Shown: piece by piece, positions 39,770 through 53,476 of the stretch
How positions within the stretch are numbered: position 1 is the stretch's first letter
Layout: each line of letters starts with the position of its first letter
Source: Eledone cirrhosa
Lineage: Eukaryota
Length of the DNA stretch: 64,000 nt
Direction: 5' to 3'
Assembly: GCA_964016885.1 (NCBI GenBank)
Contig: OZ024752.1
Span: 49,104,001 to 49,168,000 of the forward strand
Notes under the pieces: model-generated
What the model was told of the DNA's origin: nothing
The model's database searches: none
What the model saw: the letters and a program-made list of their open reading frames with translations, nothing else
Translations under genes and position numbers: made by a program

Positions 39770-40668
39770 ATGTCGCAGGGGCAGACACCTTAAATACTTC
39801 TTCCAGCAAGTCCTGTCAGAAACAACCATGTCCAACTGATCCGGCTGGATGTTATCATAGATGTTATCCAAACATTTTGGTCAGAAACAACCATGTCCAA
39901 CTGATCCGGCTGGATGTTATCATAGATGTTATCCAACCATTTTGGTCAGAAACAACCATGTCCAACTGATCCGGCTGGATGTTATCATAGATGTTATCCA
40001 AACATTTTGGTCAGAAACAACCATGTCCAACTGATCCGGCTGGATGTTATCATAGATGTTATCCAACCATTTTGGTCAGAAACAACCATGTCCAACTGAT
40101 CCGGCTGGATGTTATCATAGATGTTATCCAAACATTTTGGTCAGAAACAACCATGTCCAACTGATCCGGCTGGATGTTATCATAGATGTTATCCAACCAT
40201 TTTGGTCAGAAACAACCATGTCCAACTGATCCGGCTGGATGTTATCATAGATGTTATCCAAACATTTTGGTCAGAAACAACCATGTCCAACTGATCCGGC
40301 TAGATGTTATCATAGATGATATCCAAACATTTTGGTCAGAAACAACTATGTCCAACTGATCCGGCTAGATGTTATCATAGATGTTATCCAAACATTTTGG
40401 TCAGAAACAACCATGTCCAACTGATCCGGCTGGATCCCCAAACACCAAGCTCATGGATGTTATCCAACAAGGTCTCAGGGTCTACCTCTGGATCTTCTGC
40501 CGGTTGGTTTTGACTGTAAAATCAGTTCAGTGATTTTTTCCTGAGACATTCTAACCACACATCTATAGTATCGGAGCTGGATTCCCAGCATGGGGTGGGT
40601 CTAGTCCTGGGTCTCCTGCCTGTAAAATCAGTCCAGTGATTCTTTCCTGAGACATTCTAACCACAACT
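39770..40668 (-). mobile_element. Rex3/Expander-like RTE LINE 3' fragment containing a 65-bp array
   Basis: Flanks homologous to the 15787 and 29743 copies. Confidence 0.75.
39816..40435. repeat. 65-bp tandem repeat x9.5
   Basis: tcagaaacaacc recurs at 39816, 39881, 39946 ... 40401. Confidence 0.97.
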
Positions 40669-42672
40669 TAATACTGCAAATAATTTAGTTCAGCAATAAA
40701 TCCTACAATAATGAATAACAATATTTTCTCTATGAAAAATTCAATTCTAGAAAACCTAAGATATAATAGGTGTCAGGGTAGTTCTTATGGCTTAAATATA
40801 ATTTAATTGAAAAACCAAATTTAACAATTAATATATTTTAAGCAGGATACTTTATGTCAATTCATTTAATAATGAAATAAGTATCATTTCTATTTTATTG
40901 AGAATATTTACTTTTAAATTCTAAAATTATGAAATTCTACAATATTTTTTTCTAATAATTAGAAAATTTATGAACTCGACTTATTTTTAATTTCAATTTT
41001 ACCTAATCTTTGTAGCATCCAAGACATTCTGTTTTCACATTTAACTTTTAGGAACAAAATATTAGTTTTTCTTCCTAGAATAATTTAAAATTATAAAACT
41101 AATAATTTCGTTCTCTTGTAATAAATACTAACTAGAAGATCCTTCTTAAATTTCCAACCCATTCATAACAAATAAACAAAAGAATCATCGCAACTAAAAA
41201 CAAAAATAATAGAAAAGGATATTGAAAGAATATATAAGAATGAAAAAGATAATGTTAGGTACATAAGATCATTTATTATATTTCAATCCTACTTGTAAGC
41301 CTTAAGGTGAAAAGAATATAATTTCCTACATATTTTATCAAGATTGTTACAAAAAGTAGTTATCACTGCAAAACAAACAACAAATGTGATTTAAAAAAAT
41401 ATATTTTAAAATAAAATCTTTAACAAAAGAAATCTTACAAAAATTTGAAAGATAAAAATGCATCTATAATGTAGTTTAATGATTGAGGCAATTTTCAGTA
41501 ACAGCGGAAGTGGGTATAGTTTAAAGTTAGGATTTTGAAAAATTACTGACTTATTTATACAAGACGAACAGGGAAACTGCAATAGCTAAAATGGCTTTCA
41601 GCAAGCACCTAGCATATATCTTCCCATAAGCTAACATGTTACACTTTTTGCAACTGAAGAATTGTTTAATAAAAAGGGAAATGAAATTAATATAAATACA
41701 ATAGTAACTTGTGCTTTTTTTATAATCAGACTAGCAGTTGTTTCTTGTTTTTTGTGTTTTCTATTCTCATACATCCTTAGATTTTGTTAACAGAATGTCT
41801 ATGTTATGTTGATGAGAAATACATGTAAATATCTTCCTTGTAAATCATGCAATAACATCTAAATTGCTTAAGATGAATTAATTTAAGCTTTGAATCAAGC
41901 AATACTGGATTTTAGAAGATATCAAGCAATTGTGAAAACAAATATATAAATACCTTTTAAAATAAACCACTAAAAATAAAAGGAAAATTCCATGTCAGTA
42001 TCTACATATTATCAAAGGTGTTTATGACATTCATTTGTGTATCGATGATATAAGGTCAAGTCTTTCCATGAGAAATGTATAGAATTAATTCAAAAATCCT
42101 GTTTATTGATATTATATATAAATTAAAACAATAGCTTTAAAAACAAAAATCAATCCTTGATGGATGAAATGAAATGTTTGATCTGGTGTAATTTATCATG
42201 AATGATTTTATATATGGCATAGATAAGATAATTATCAAAACTATATTAAAAACATAGTTTAAGTAAGTATATATTTATTTTTTAAATTCGTTCACAGAAA
42301 AGCTAAAATTTAACTGAGATGAATATCTTTTGAATGAAATAGCCCTAAAAGGTTAAAGAGTTTATAATTTAAATCTAGTTGAAATAAAATGCAATAGTTT
42401 CTTTTGATATTAACAGTAAACAAAATATTCTTTGAAAATTCTAATTTAAAACCTAACAAAAAGACATACCAGACTGGTCTTTGGAGAAAAAGAACACCCC
42501 ACATCTGGTTTAAAGTAGATAAGATTTAAAAAGAAACAAAAAGCTGAAAATACAAATAACTGAAACTTAAACATTGAAAGGAAAGAAACCTGAATGAAAA
42601 GAGATATGTTAAGAAAGTCTGTATTAGAACTTATTTTATAGATTTTACATCATAAAACTCTGTGTGGGTGTG

Positions 42673-42721
<49 letters not shown>

Positions 42722-42932
42722 TTGTGAAAATACGTATCTATAATGAAGTTATTTTATTTGTTTACTTGTTTAAGTCCTTAGACTATGACTATGCTGGAGC
42801 AATGCCTTGAAAGAATTGAGTCAATCATATCAACAACAGTATATATTCTTTTAAAATCTGGTACTTATTTTATCAGTGGGCTGCTAAGTTATGGAACATA
42901 AACAAACTGTAAATGTAAACAGAGACACAGAG

Positions 42933-43009
<77 letters not shown>

Positions 43010-43011
<2 letters not shown>

Positions 43012-43192
43012 ATGAAGGAAAAGTGGTAAGGAACCAGATGGACCATAACGCACCAAAGTACTCAATACTTAGGGTAGTAGAGTGGGTAATAGTAATGAGT
43101 AGGACCCCGACGGCTGAGCTCAAGCCGTTTCAACGGCTAATTCAGTCTAGAATTAGCCGTCGAAACAGCTTGAGCTCAGCCCTCGGGGTCCT
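43010..43192. mobile_element. (TA)n-embedded fold-back element with a 92-nt hairpin
   Basis: 43-bp arms (3 mismatches) and a 6-nt loop at 43101-43192. Confidence 0.6.
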
Positions 43193-43197
43193 GTATG

Positions 43198-43265
<68 letters not shown>

Positions 43266-43543
43266 CATACATACACATACACATCATGGAAAGTGGACAT
43301 TAAATGATGGTGATATATATTTATATGGAAAATTAGTAAATTAGACATGGAAAAACTTTTGAAAAGCTGTTTTAAGCAAAACCGGTCAAGTACAAAAAGT
43401 ATTCTTTTTGATGTAAAAATGTACTAAACATGTAACATGTATCATCATCATCATCATTTTACGTCCGCTTTTCCCTGCTTGTATATAAAGTAAAAACACA
43501 TTAGGTGGTTCTTTCAAATCTTTATCATTTTTCATATATATAT

Positions 43544-43725
43544 ATAATTGTTTCTACTTTTGGCATAAGGCCAGCAATTATTCCAGTACATTACTGGTAC
43601 TTTATTTTATCGACCCCCGTAAGGATGAATGGCAAAGTTAACCTCGGCGGGATTTGAACTCAGACCGTAAAAAGCCATAAAGCATGGCGTCTGACCCTCT
43701 ACTGATACTGCCAATCCACCGCCCT

Positions 43726-43770
<45 letters not shown>

Positions 43771-43860
43771 GTTTCTACATTTGGCACAAGGCCAGCAATT
43801 ACCCAGTACATTACTGGTACTTTATTTTATCGACCCCGTATGGATGAAAGGCAAAGTTAA
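43544..43860 (-). mobile_element. Two SINE A copies separated by (TA)n
   Basis: 43544-43724 near full length; 43765-43860 5'-truncated. Confidence 0.88.
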
Positions 43861-44110
43861 TAAAAAAAGTAGAGGTTTTACATATGAGATTTATTGCTTA
43901 ACCCAGTTACAAATGTTTCCCAGCTCATTATCTGGGGGCCATCATCCCAGCCAGACTCAAAGTCTGCCTGATCCTCAGACCAGTGTTAACACAACAAAAA
44001 TCACATCAAATCTGAAGATGAACCAGCCAGATGGACATATCGAGTGCAGACATTGGTACTCTCACCAGTTTTCATCAGACTTACTGAACCTTTTGCACAT
44101 TTATGTATAT

Positions 44111-44511
44111 ATGTGTGTGTCTGTGTGTGTGTGTGTGTGTGTGTGTCTCTGTCTGTGTGTCTGTGTATGTGTATGTGTGTGTGTCTGTATATGTGTGTGT
44201 GTCTGTGTGTGTGTGTGTCTGTGTCTGTGTGTGTCTATGTGTGTGTGTGCGCGTGTGTCTGTGTGTGTGTGTGTGTCTGTGTCTGTGTATGTGTCTGTGT
44301 CTGTATGTGTCTGTGTGTGTATGTGTCTGCGTCTGTGTATGTGTCTGTGTGTGTGTCTGTGTGTGTCTGTGTCTGTGTGTGTATGTGTCTGTGTCTGTGT
44401 CTGTGTCTGTGTGTGTGTGTGTGTGTGTGTCTGTCTGTGTGTGTGTGTATGTGTATGTGTCTGTGTGTGTGTGTGTCTGTCTGTCTGTGTGTCTGTGTCT
44501 GTGTGTGTGTG
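44111..44511. repeat. (TG)n/(TGTC)n compound microsatellite
   Basis: Directly visible. Confidence 0.95.
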
Positions 44512-44534
44512 CATGTAGAAATGTTGTATATATA

Positions 44535-44697
44535 GGCTTCAACTCAGTTTCTGTCCATAAAGTTTCACTCACAAAGCATTGAAAAACTCAAAGTTGTAGT
44601 AGAAAACACTTCCCCAAGGTGTCATACAGTAAGACAGAACCCAACACCATGTGGTTACAAACCAAATTTATTAACCACACAGCCATGCCTGCACCTA
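44535..44697 (-). mobile_element. Old tRNA-derived SINE family D
   Basis: Minus head ggtgcaggcatggctgtgtggttaa, then gggttctgtc. Confidence 0.7.
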
Positions 44698-45366
44698 TGA
44701 ACTAACATAATAAAGATTGTATACTTTGATTACAAACTAACTTTTTCATATCTGCTAATGAATATTTGCTGAATTATTTATTCAAAGCAAATTAATAAAA
44801 GACTGGTTCATTTAAAGCAAATTATTTAACATGAGAGCAATATTAACAGGAATTAGACTTATCAAAGTAAAGTAAATTTATATTTAAATTAAGTAAAAGT
44901 TTGATTTTGAAAAAACATAATGCTTAAATTATATTTTTATCTAAGAAATGATTATCTTTCAAAGGTGATAGGAAACAGCAAGCAAATCAAACATATACTA
45001 AATAGTTCTTTTTAATAAGAAAGTAATTAAATGTGTTCAGATTCTGGTGGAAATTATTTACAATATAGCAAAAAGAATATACTACAAAATATGTCAAAAT
45101 AATTTATTTTATGTCAATCACAATTGATTTACAACAGCATAATTGTTTACTCGGGCATTCATATAATGACCAAAAGAATACGATCGCAAATACATGTCCT
45201 CGAAATGGGATTCCTCTGAAGGGTCTTTGGAGCAACGTTACTCGATAAAGTGCTTAGCTCGGAGATCAGAGAGTCATTCCAGGTAGAGCTGCAGCTTCTG
45301 AACCATGTCAACATATAGTTTAAATTTTGCTCTCACCTAAAATAGCAAAGTTCTGTGGTTGTTTAA

Positions 45367-45577
45367 CCCTTTAGCATTTAAACCGGCTCTAATCTGGCCA
45401 GAAATTTTTCCCCGTTTTGAAACTGGCCGTAACCAGCAGCTCACACGGACGTTAAGATAGCATTCTTAAAATAAACAATAACATCATCAAAATCTCATAG
45501 ACTCGAGATTATAGTGAGATAAAGCCTTTACCATGAAAATGCAATAGTAAATATAGAGTAGTATAAATGCTAAAGGG
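45367..45577 (+). mobile_element. Full-length piggyBac-type MITE family 1 with TTAA TSD
   Basis: ttaa|CCCTTTAGCATTTA ... TAAATGCTAAAGGG|ttaa, perfect 14-bp TIRs. Confidence 0.92.
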
Positions 45578-45747
45578 TTAAAGACTGCCATGTTGAGGAG
45601 AGTGAAGGGGTCTTCATTTACAATGGTCAAAGGTGTGCCTGGCAATGGCGGGCTCTTTTGCTAATTTATTACATATGCATTTCTACCCATGCGTTTCTTC
45701 AGCCACAAACCATGTTAAACATTAACAACATTAACCTAACCCAGTTC

Positions 45748-46435
45748 TACCGGTCGCTCTGTGACAGATTTGTGGTCATGCCCTTGACAGTGGAGACTTC
45801 TGGTGTCCTTGGTCTTAGGGTTACCTCCCTACTTACCACCATAGGCCCTGAGCTGGCTAGCCCATAGCAGTGGAGACTTCTGGTGTCTTGGCCCTAGGGC
45901 TACCTCCCTACTTACCACCATAGGCCCTGAGCTGGCTAGCCCATAGCAGTGGAGACTTCTGGTGTCCTTGGCCCTAGGGCTACCTCCCTACTTACCACCA
46001 TAGGCCCTGAGCTGGCTAGCCCATAGCAGTGGAGACTTCTGGTGTCCTTGGCCCTAGGGCTACCTCCCTACTTACCACCATAGGCCCTGAGCTGGCTAGC
46101 CCATAGCAGTGGAGACTTCTGGTGTCCTTGGCCCTAGGGCTACCTCCCTACTTACCACCATAGGCCCTGAGCTGGCTAGCCCATAGCAGTGGAGACTTCT
46201 GGTGTCCTTGGCCCTAGGGCTACCTCCCTACTTACCACCATAGGCCCTGAGCTGGCTAGCCCATAGCAGTGGAGACTTCTGGTGTCCTTGGCCCTAGGGC
46301 TACCTCCCTACTTACCACCATAGCTGCTGAGCTGGCCAGCCGCAGGTGTGATCCTCGTGAGATGGAATGGCTCTTCCAGTGCATCTCGCTTACCATCATC
46401 CGGGGAAACGCTTTCCCCATTCTGTCCGCCGGGCC
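45748..46435 (+). mobile_element. CRE-type non-LTR retrotransposon, C-terminal restriction-like endonuclease fragment with an internal 80-bp array
   Basis: YRSLCDRFVVMPLTVETSGVLG...RRCDPREMEWLFQCISLTIIRGNAFPILSAG matches the CRE RLE end (F.P.AVET.G..G ... Q.IS.A..RGNA). Confidence 0.7.
45788..46340. repeat. 80-bp tandem repeat x7
   Basis: cagtggagac at 45788, 45868, 45947, 46027, 46107, 46187, 46267. Confidence 0.97.
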
Positions 46436-47306
46436 TGTGGGGTGGCGGCCAGCACATGGGACTCCATTTGCTCATATACAGAGAGATGGGGGGAGGGTGA
46501 TGACGGTGGGAGTTCAGCTCTTCCATGTTCAGACACATTGCATCTGTCAAGAGTGTATTTTCATACTAATATATATTATCTTTCAGTCCCACTTCTTCAG
46601 AGATATTGGATAAATTGGAAAAAATCAGAAAAATTGAAGTATTTATATTAGTTGTAAGAAAGGAAGAAGATATCTGTATTAATACTACTACACCAAACGA
46701 CCAGCCCTGTCCATTGTTCAATTAGTCAAATATAGATTAAAATAGGCACTCCCAAAAATTCTTATTTAGATAAAATAAGCCATATACTCATTGTATTCTC
46801 ATTAAAAACCTTCTATATACTTGTCCTGCAATTTTTTTTTAAAATCCAAAGAGGGGTTGTTATTAATCTAACTTTGTCCTCTCTTTAGACAAGCGAAGAA
46901 AATAACATAAAAATTGTTGTATTGAATTATTAAATATTTCATCAAGCTCTAAGTCTACCACCTTAAATTATTTACAAAATACATTTATATGTAAAATATT
47001 ACAGATTAGCATCAGCCTGTTCATTAATAAAGTTTAATGCAATTATAACTTCATCTCATTCAATATATTTATTATGGATATTTGCATAAATTACTTACAC
47101 ATACATACACAAGCTCAATCCTATGCACACAACTATTCATATCTAACAATTTTGCTTGCCAAATCAAGCTACATTATTCTCATATATATTAATATCATAT
47201 TTTTATGTCCATATAAAATCTACTTCGAAGAATAAACTTTCAGGAAAGAAATGGAAAAAATCAATTAGTCTTATTTTAAAAAATGATTAGCTATAAAGGA
47301 TTTTCT

Positions 47307-47702
47307 ATATCTCTCTCTCTCTCTCTCTCTCTCCACATACATATATATACATATATACACATACACACACACATATATATATACATACACACACATATAT
47401 ATATATATGCATATATACATACACACACACATATATATACATATATACATATACATACACATATATATATATATATACACATACATACACATATATATAT
47501 ATATATACACATACATACACATATATATATATATATACACATACATACACACATATATATATATATACACATACATACACACATATATATATATATACAC
47601 ATACATACACACATATATATATATACACATACACACACATATATATACATATATACACATACATACACACATATATATATACATATACACACATACATAC
47701 AC

Positions 47703-47737
<35 letters not shown>

Positions 47738-47770
47738 TATATATATTAATACACACACACACACATATAC
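47307..47770. repeat. (TC)n plus (TA)n/(CA)n compound micro/minisatellite
   Basis: Directly visible, with 30-bp periodicity over 47460-47620. Confidence 0.93.
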
Positions 47771-48299
47771 ATCCTCATCATCATTGTTTGATGTCCTTTT
47801 TCCATGCCAGCATGGGTTAGAAGGGCTGTCCTATTATATTTGAGGCAAGTCGGGTCAGGTGACAATGTCTTGCTCATATAGAACTGTTTCTGGTTAGGTT
47901 TCTATGGCCGGCTCCCTTTCCTAATGCCCACCACATTTACAGTGTATGCTTAAGTTTCACCCATGCCACAAATATCAATGTTACATTTATTGAGTGCATT
48001 GCAGATGTGAGCTGATCTGTGTTCCACATTTGAACTGCTGTCCCAGAGTGTCTTAACATTCTAGGAACCAATGGCTAAATGGTTTGTTTTGTTTCAACCA
48101 CATATTTTGATAACCAGATACCTGCAGTTGACTGCAAAGTTAAAAGATTAAGCAAAGATTTGTTTAGGGCTCCTTTTACTGGCCCCTCCCTTTATAAGGA
48201 AAGTAGTGATATATAAAAAAAAAACCTTTGTCACCCCAAGAGGACATGAACAGCACAAATTGCTGTTGTTGCCTTCCTCTTGTTAATGGTAGTGGTAGT

Positions 48300-48762
48300 T
48301 GATATTGCTATCTATTTTGGCTGCCAAGCTGGCTGCTGAACCTCGATTGCCTTCTTTAACCGAAGATGACTAAGGACTTCCTGTAATATCCTTTACTTGT
48401 CCCATCACCTTTGCTCTCTCACCAGAGGGCTTTGTGTTAAAGGTGGGATATCAAGTAAACAGAACTGGTAGAGCTGCTGAGCTATACATACAAATGAATT
48501 GTTTACAGTGGTGAAGGCATGTGTTGGACCAGTCACACCTTTTGGAAATGCGGATAAAGAACTGATGCAAAAATTTGCCAGGAACATAGTGAACATCACA
48601 CCATGTATTGGATGACTGTTGACTCAAGAGTTACTCCACGAGGAGTTTTGTTTTTCATCCTGCAGGGTGCCCAAAAATCCTCCTCCTCACCAAGCAGGCT
48701 TGGTGGGGTTGCCAATTTCATTGCTGACGACACAACCCTGTGACAGGTTGTATCGGGCTCTC
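48300..48762 (-). mobile_element. Probable degraded LINE 5' region
   Basis: GC-richer island that resembles octopus LINE 5' UTR sequence as recalled from memory; no diagnostic protein motif recovered. Confidence 0.3.
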
Positions 48763-48794
48763 ATATATATGTGTGTGTGTATATATGTACATAC

Positions 48795-48826
<32 letters not shown>

Positions 48827-50060
48827 ATGTACATATATATATGTGTGTGTGTATGTCTATGTACATATATATATGTGTGTGTGTGCGTGTGTGTGTGTGT
48901 ACACACACATATATATATATATATATACATACATGGCAATTAAAAAATTGCTAATTTATACTTAGATGAAGTATTAAGATTAGAAAAAAATTATTCCAAA
49001 CTTATTGAAATGTTTCAAATTTATTTTACAAATTCCATCTTTTTGGGGAGAGAGAGGAGAAAGGAAGAATGGTGCTATGGGTAAACAAAAAAGTGACCTA
49101 CTAAAATATCATATTAGCAAAAGTAGCAATTTGAAAACAAAAAATAATGATAATATAAATGTATTGGTATTCAATTTTTATGAATAAAGAATGACAAATT
49201 TAAAACATTTCCAGTTTTTAAGAGATAATTAGTATGTTCAAGAAATCCAAATGAAACATTTTCTAATCAACAATTTAAATTTATTTAGATTCATACATAA
49301 ACCTAAATATATGAAAAGATTTAGAGCTTCAATACTGACCCTAGGCTCTGAAGAAGTCCATTTCCACCAAATAATTTTCTATTGTAGACAATATCAAAAA
49401 CTAGAACTATTCAAAATATTTATATTTTGCATATTCATATCTTAAATATATATGAATTATTGATTTAAATCTACAAATGTGTTTTCTTTCTGCATTTTCT
49501 GCGTAGTATCATTTCTTTGTACTTTTACAAGTCTAATGTAGTTTTTAAATTCTTTCTTTATTTTGGCTCAGTCTAGTAAGAATAGTAATATGTTATGTAT
49601 GAATTTGAATAAATCTAAATACTTAGTCATGGTCTTTGTATTTCTTATATACATTTTTAAAAAAAATTTCTGCGCAGAATTTTCTTTCTTTTTTTTTATC
49701 ACATTAGAATAGACTATAGACATTAACAATAGCCTGGCTTCTATTTAATTTATGCATGAAATGCTATAGAAAAATCATTATTAGAAAACAGAAATCCCCA
49801 AAACAACTCAACCATAAATTCTAGTAGAGAAATTGTCTAATTCAGGATTTAATTGAAACAAAAGATAGTTATAAGAAATGAGTGCTCAAGTGTTGTTAAT
49901 GCAATAAGCTAGAAGGAATTCTAATGGCTATCAGTATAATGATACTTTAACAGATTCATAGATTTCTTAACAATGATAATTCCTCATCAGATAATCATAC
50001 TATGAATGTTTTAAAAATATAATTGAAAAGCACTAACTATAGATTTTATTATTATTATTA

Positions 50061-50295
50061 TTAACCCTTTCATTACAATATGTTTAACAAAAGACACTGC
50101 CTATAATTTTTCAAATCATTTTAAAAATAATCAAGAATTTTAAGGGATTTAGTAATATAACCAACATTTTTACATGGTTAAGCTGGTGTTTTCAGCATAT
50201 CTTAAAATTTTCTTACAATTATGATGGAAGATTTAAACAGCTTTGCTTGATAAAACCAAGTGTGATTTTGTGTGGTTTGGTAACAAAACTGTTAA
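50061..50295 (-). mobile_element. piggyBac-type MITE family 2
   Basis: ttaacccttt start and ttaa end; reverse homolog of the 2979 copy. Confidence 0.65.
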
Positions 50296-50689
50296 TACTA
50301 ATGACAATATATTCATTATATAGTTTTAGAATATGTATCAATGTGATTTATTACCAGAAGTAGGAATTGCTATAGAAAGATATTTTATAGTTTAGTTAAT
50401 CAGATCCCTAATCCTCTTGAGAAAAGTATGTATGCTTTAACTTCCCAATTACTTTCTCTTCATGAATAATTTTTCATATACATCCTTTATTAAATTCTTC
50501 ATACATATAAATATATATGAGCAATCATGCTTGCTGTCTTACCTAAGGGGGATGAATAAGATCAGATAAATATTACCAGTGAAGTTTATAGGCGTTACAC
50601 AAAATCATAGGTAATGTGGTCAAGATAAACAAAATCTTGAGTATCTATGAAAGAGTTGTATTCTTAAGAACTTTTATTCAGAATATGTT

Positions 50690-51052
50690 TTAACCCTTTA
50701 AATACTAATCCTGCCAAAACTGGCTCTTGTTCTATGAAACAAAATCACTTACTTTAAAGGGTTCCTATTTAAATTAAAACCTCCTAACATATAATTCTTT
50801 ATAAGAACCATATTTTAATTTACTATCTTAGTAATTAAATAATTTTAGTAAATAGCTAAACATTTTTCATTAATTAATTGAAAATTAATTTGAGTTCAAA
50901 TCCCGCTGAGGTTAACTTTGCCTTTCATCCTTACGGGGTCGATAAAATAAAGTACCAGTAATACACTGGGTAATTGCTGGCCTTGTGCCAAAAGTAGAAA
51001 CAATTAATTAATTGAAATAGGAGTATTTCGCAAGAAATACAGTCACAGAAGG
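50690..51052 (+). mobile_element. MITE family 2 interrupted by a 5'-truncated SINE A (50891-51002) with 15-bp TSD
   Basis: TSD attaattaattgaaa at 50869-50883 and 51003-51017. Confidence 0.8.
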
Positions 51053-51664
51053 AAAACAAATTGACATATTTTTCTAAAGTTTATAAAAATAAAACAAATT
51101 TATCTTTCTACCTTAATGCATAACTTATTAGGAACTAAGGGTCTTTTATACAATTAAAAACAAAAAGCTTTCATTAAATTTTCATAGAAACAATGAAGCC
51201 AATTTAGTACAAAGGTTGGAAAGATTTTAGCAAGGTGATAAGAGTAATTATTCTCTGATTCAAAGTGTTAACCAATTAAAGCAAACAATTTTAATGATTC
51301 TATGTAATGTTAGAAGAACTAAAACATTTAGAAATTGATTGCTTATTGAGTTAGTAATTTGTTTTCAGTAATCTACTTTTATCAGAGATTGGAATAGAAA
51401 TTTATAATATCTTCGGTTAATATGTAAAATTCCAATGACGAAGTAAAAATATTTATCTATTGAATATTTAAGTTACAAAAAAAAAAAAGGATAACTTGAG
51501 TTGAGTAGGCAAGCCATATTTGGCTAAACAGAACCGATGGAAAGTGAGTAAAAGAATGGTGATTTAAGGTGCCAGTTGATCTTGTGGGTGAGGTTTCATA
51601 TCCTCTCCAAAACTGCACCTCACCTTTTGTTACATTTCTTTGTCATCTCCTTTGAGGGAGTCAG

Positions 51665-51852
51665 CATCTTGGCGGACAGAATAGGGAAGGTGTTGCCCCA
51701 GAGGAGCCATTCCAGCTCGTGAGGTTCGCATCTGCGGGTAGCCAACTCTGTACCAATGGTGATGAGCAGGGAGGTGACCCTAGGGCCTAGGACACCAGAA
51801 GTCTCCACTACCACGGGCTTGACTGCAAACCTGTTGGAGAGCGACAGATATT
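51665..51852 (-). mobile_element. Second CRE-type RLE fragment, without the array
   Basis: YLSLSNRFAVKPVVVETSGVLGPRVTSLLITIGTELATRRCEPHELEWL..GNTFPILSA. Confidence 0.7.
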
Positions 51853-52235
51853 CTGAGAGAAAATGAGAATGTATGTGTTTACATACATGTGTTTGCATAT
51901 TTTGGGTACCACAAATTAGAAGTTGATACATGTATATAATAAAATATGCAAGATAATTTGCAAGCATGGAAAACTAGATTAAATATTTTATGAGCTATTA
52001 TTTTCAAGTTATTGTTTTACATCCATTTTTTCCATGCATGCATGAATTCGACAAAGTCTGTTGCATATCCTGGTTGTATGGGTGACAGAATACAATCCAA
52101 GATTCCCATCCTTTACAGGGCTAACCAACAGCTGCTGCAGCTAGTACCCACTTTAAACTGAGTGATCTGAATCAAAATGAAATGAAGTGTCATCTGATAT
52201 GAAAATTGTACCCATGACCCTATGATATTAACTAT

Positions 52236-52299
52236 AATTGTTTCTACTTTAGGCACAAGGCCAGCAATTACCCAGTGCATTACTGGTACTTTATTTTAT
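52236..52299 (-). mobile_element. 5'-truncated SINE A stub
   Basis: 3' 64 bp only; flanking ata(t/c)taactat duplication. Confidence 0.8.
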
Positions 52300-53291
52300 A
52301 ATACTAACTATCAGGTGATACACCTTCACTAAATATTTTATATTTATTGGCAACATGAAAATAAAAAGCTGAAATTGTATTTGTCAGAAGTGTACCATGA
52401 ATATTGACAGATATCTGTAATTAAGAGTGTTGTTATTTACATACATGTGATGTATATATGAAGAATAGACAAAACAAATGAAAAAAAAAAAAAATTGTTT
52501 ACAACATAAGGAAAGTTGACAAAACATGACAAAATATACATTCTTTAGCTTGTAGATTTAGATACCTAATTTATACAATTTCAGTTATCTTTCACAAATT
52601 TCAATCACTTGCTCTGTCAATACAAATCATATTACAAAGTATAAAACACCCAATTCTTTTATTCAACTATGAAATGCCAGATAGAATCCAACTAAGTGCT
52701 TTCATCTTGTAACATATATATCAGTGAAACAGGATTTCATTTTATATTTATCAAGTCTTATTCTCTATTTACAGCTGTAATAACAAATGTTAAGTTAAAT
52801 TAAGAAAAACTATAAATAAAAGAACGAACATTTTAATTACTGAATGCAATTGATAAACGAAATGCAGATAGGTAGTTTGGGAGAGTTTCTTATCTCCGTG
52901 AAATTTACACAATGAATTTTATCATTGTTTAAATTTAAATTCTGGTTTCTTAATTTGATTAAATTATCAAAACTTATGAAGAAGATTCAGCTTTAAATTT
53001 CTTAGAATTATGTAGAAAATTTAACTTGTTTTGAATAAAGAGTTAATATAATACCAGTAAAAGAAATTTAACCACTTATCATGATTTAGAAAAGATCAGT
53101 TTAACAGTAAAATCAATTTTAATTCCAAGCCAAATTTACTAGGCATTATTTTTAATAGATTTTCTGTAAAAATCAACTTATTTTGAATTTAAAAAAAAGG
53201 GGGAACGAGTAAAAAATCAGATCAGATCAAGAAAAAAATTCTTCTTTTGGTCTTTCAATTGCTATTTTCCAGTTGCAGCTCCTTTAATAAT

Positions 53292-53476
53292 TGTTTCTAC
53301 TTTGGGGACAAGGCCAGCAATTATCCCAGTGTATTACTGGTACTTTATTTTATCGACCCCATAAGGATGAAAGGCAAAGTTAACCTCGGCGGGATTTGAA
53401 CTCAGTCCGTAAAGGGATGTAACTCTGCTGGAAAGTATGGCGTCTGACCCTCTACCGATACTGCCAATTCACTGCC
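53292..53476 (-). mobile_element. Full-length SINE A with perfect 19-bp TSD
   Basis: ttgcagctcctttaataat at 53273-53291 and 53477-53495. Confidence 0.92.

Noticed and set aside
49895-49945. Minus-strand IIILIAIR resembling the start of the next FUZ exon
   Set aside because: In-frame stop after 15 codons and a poor acceptor
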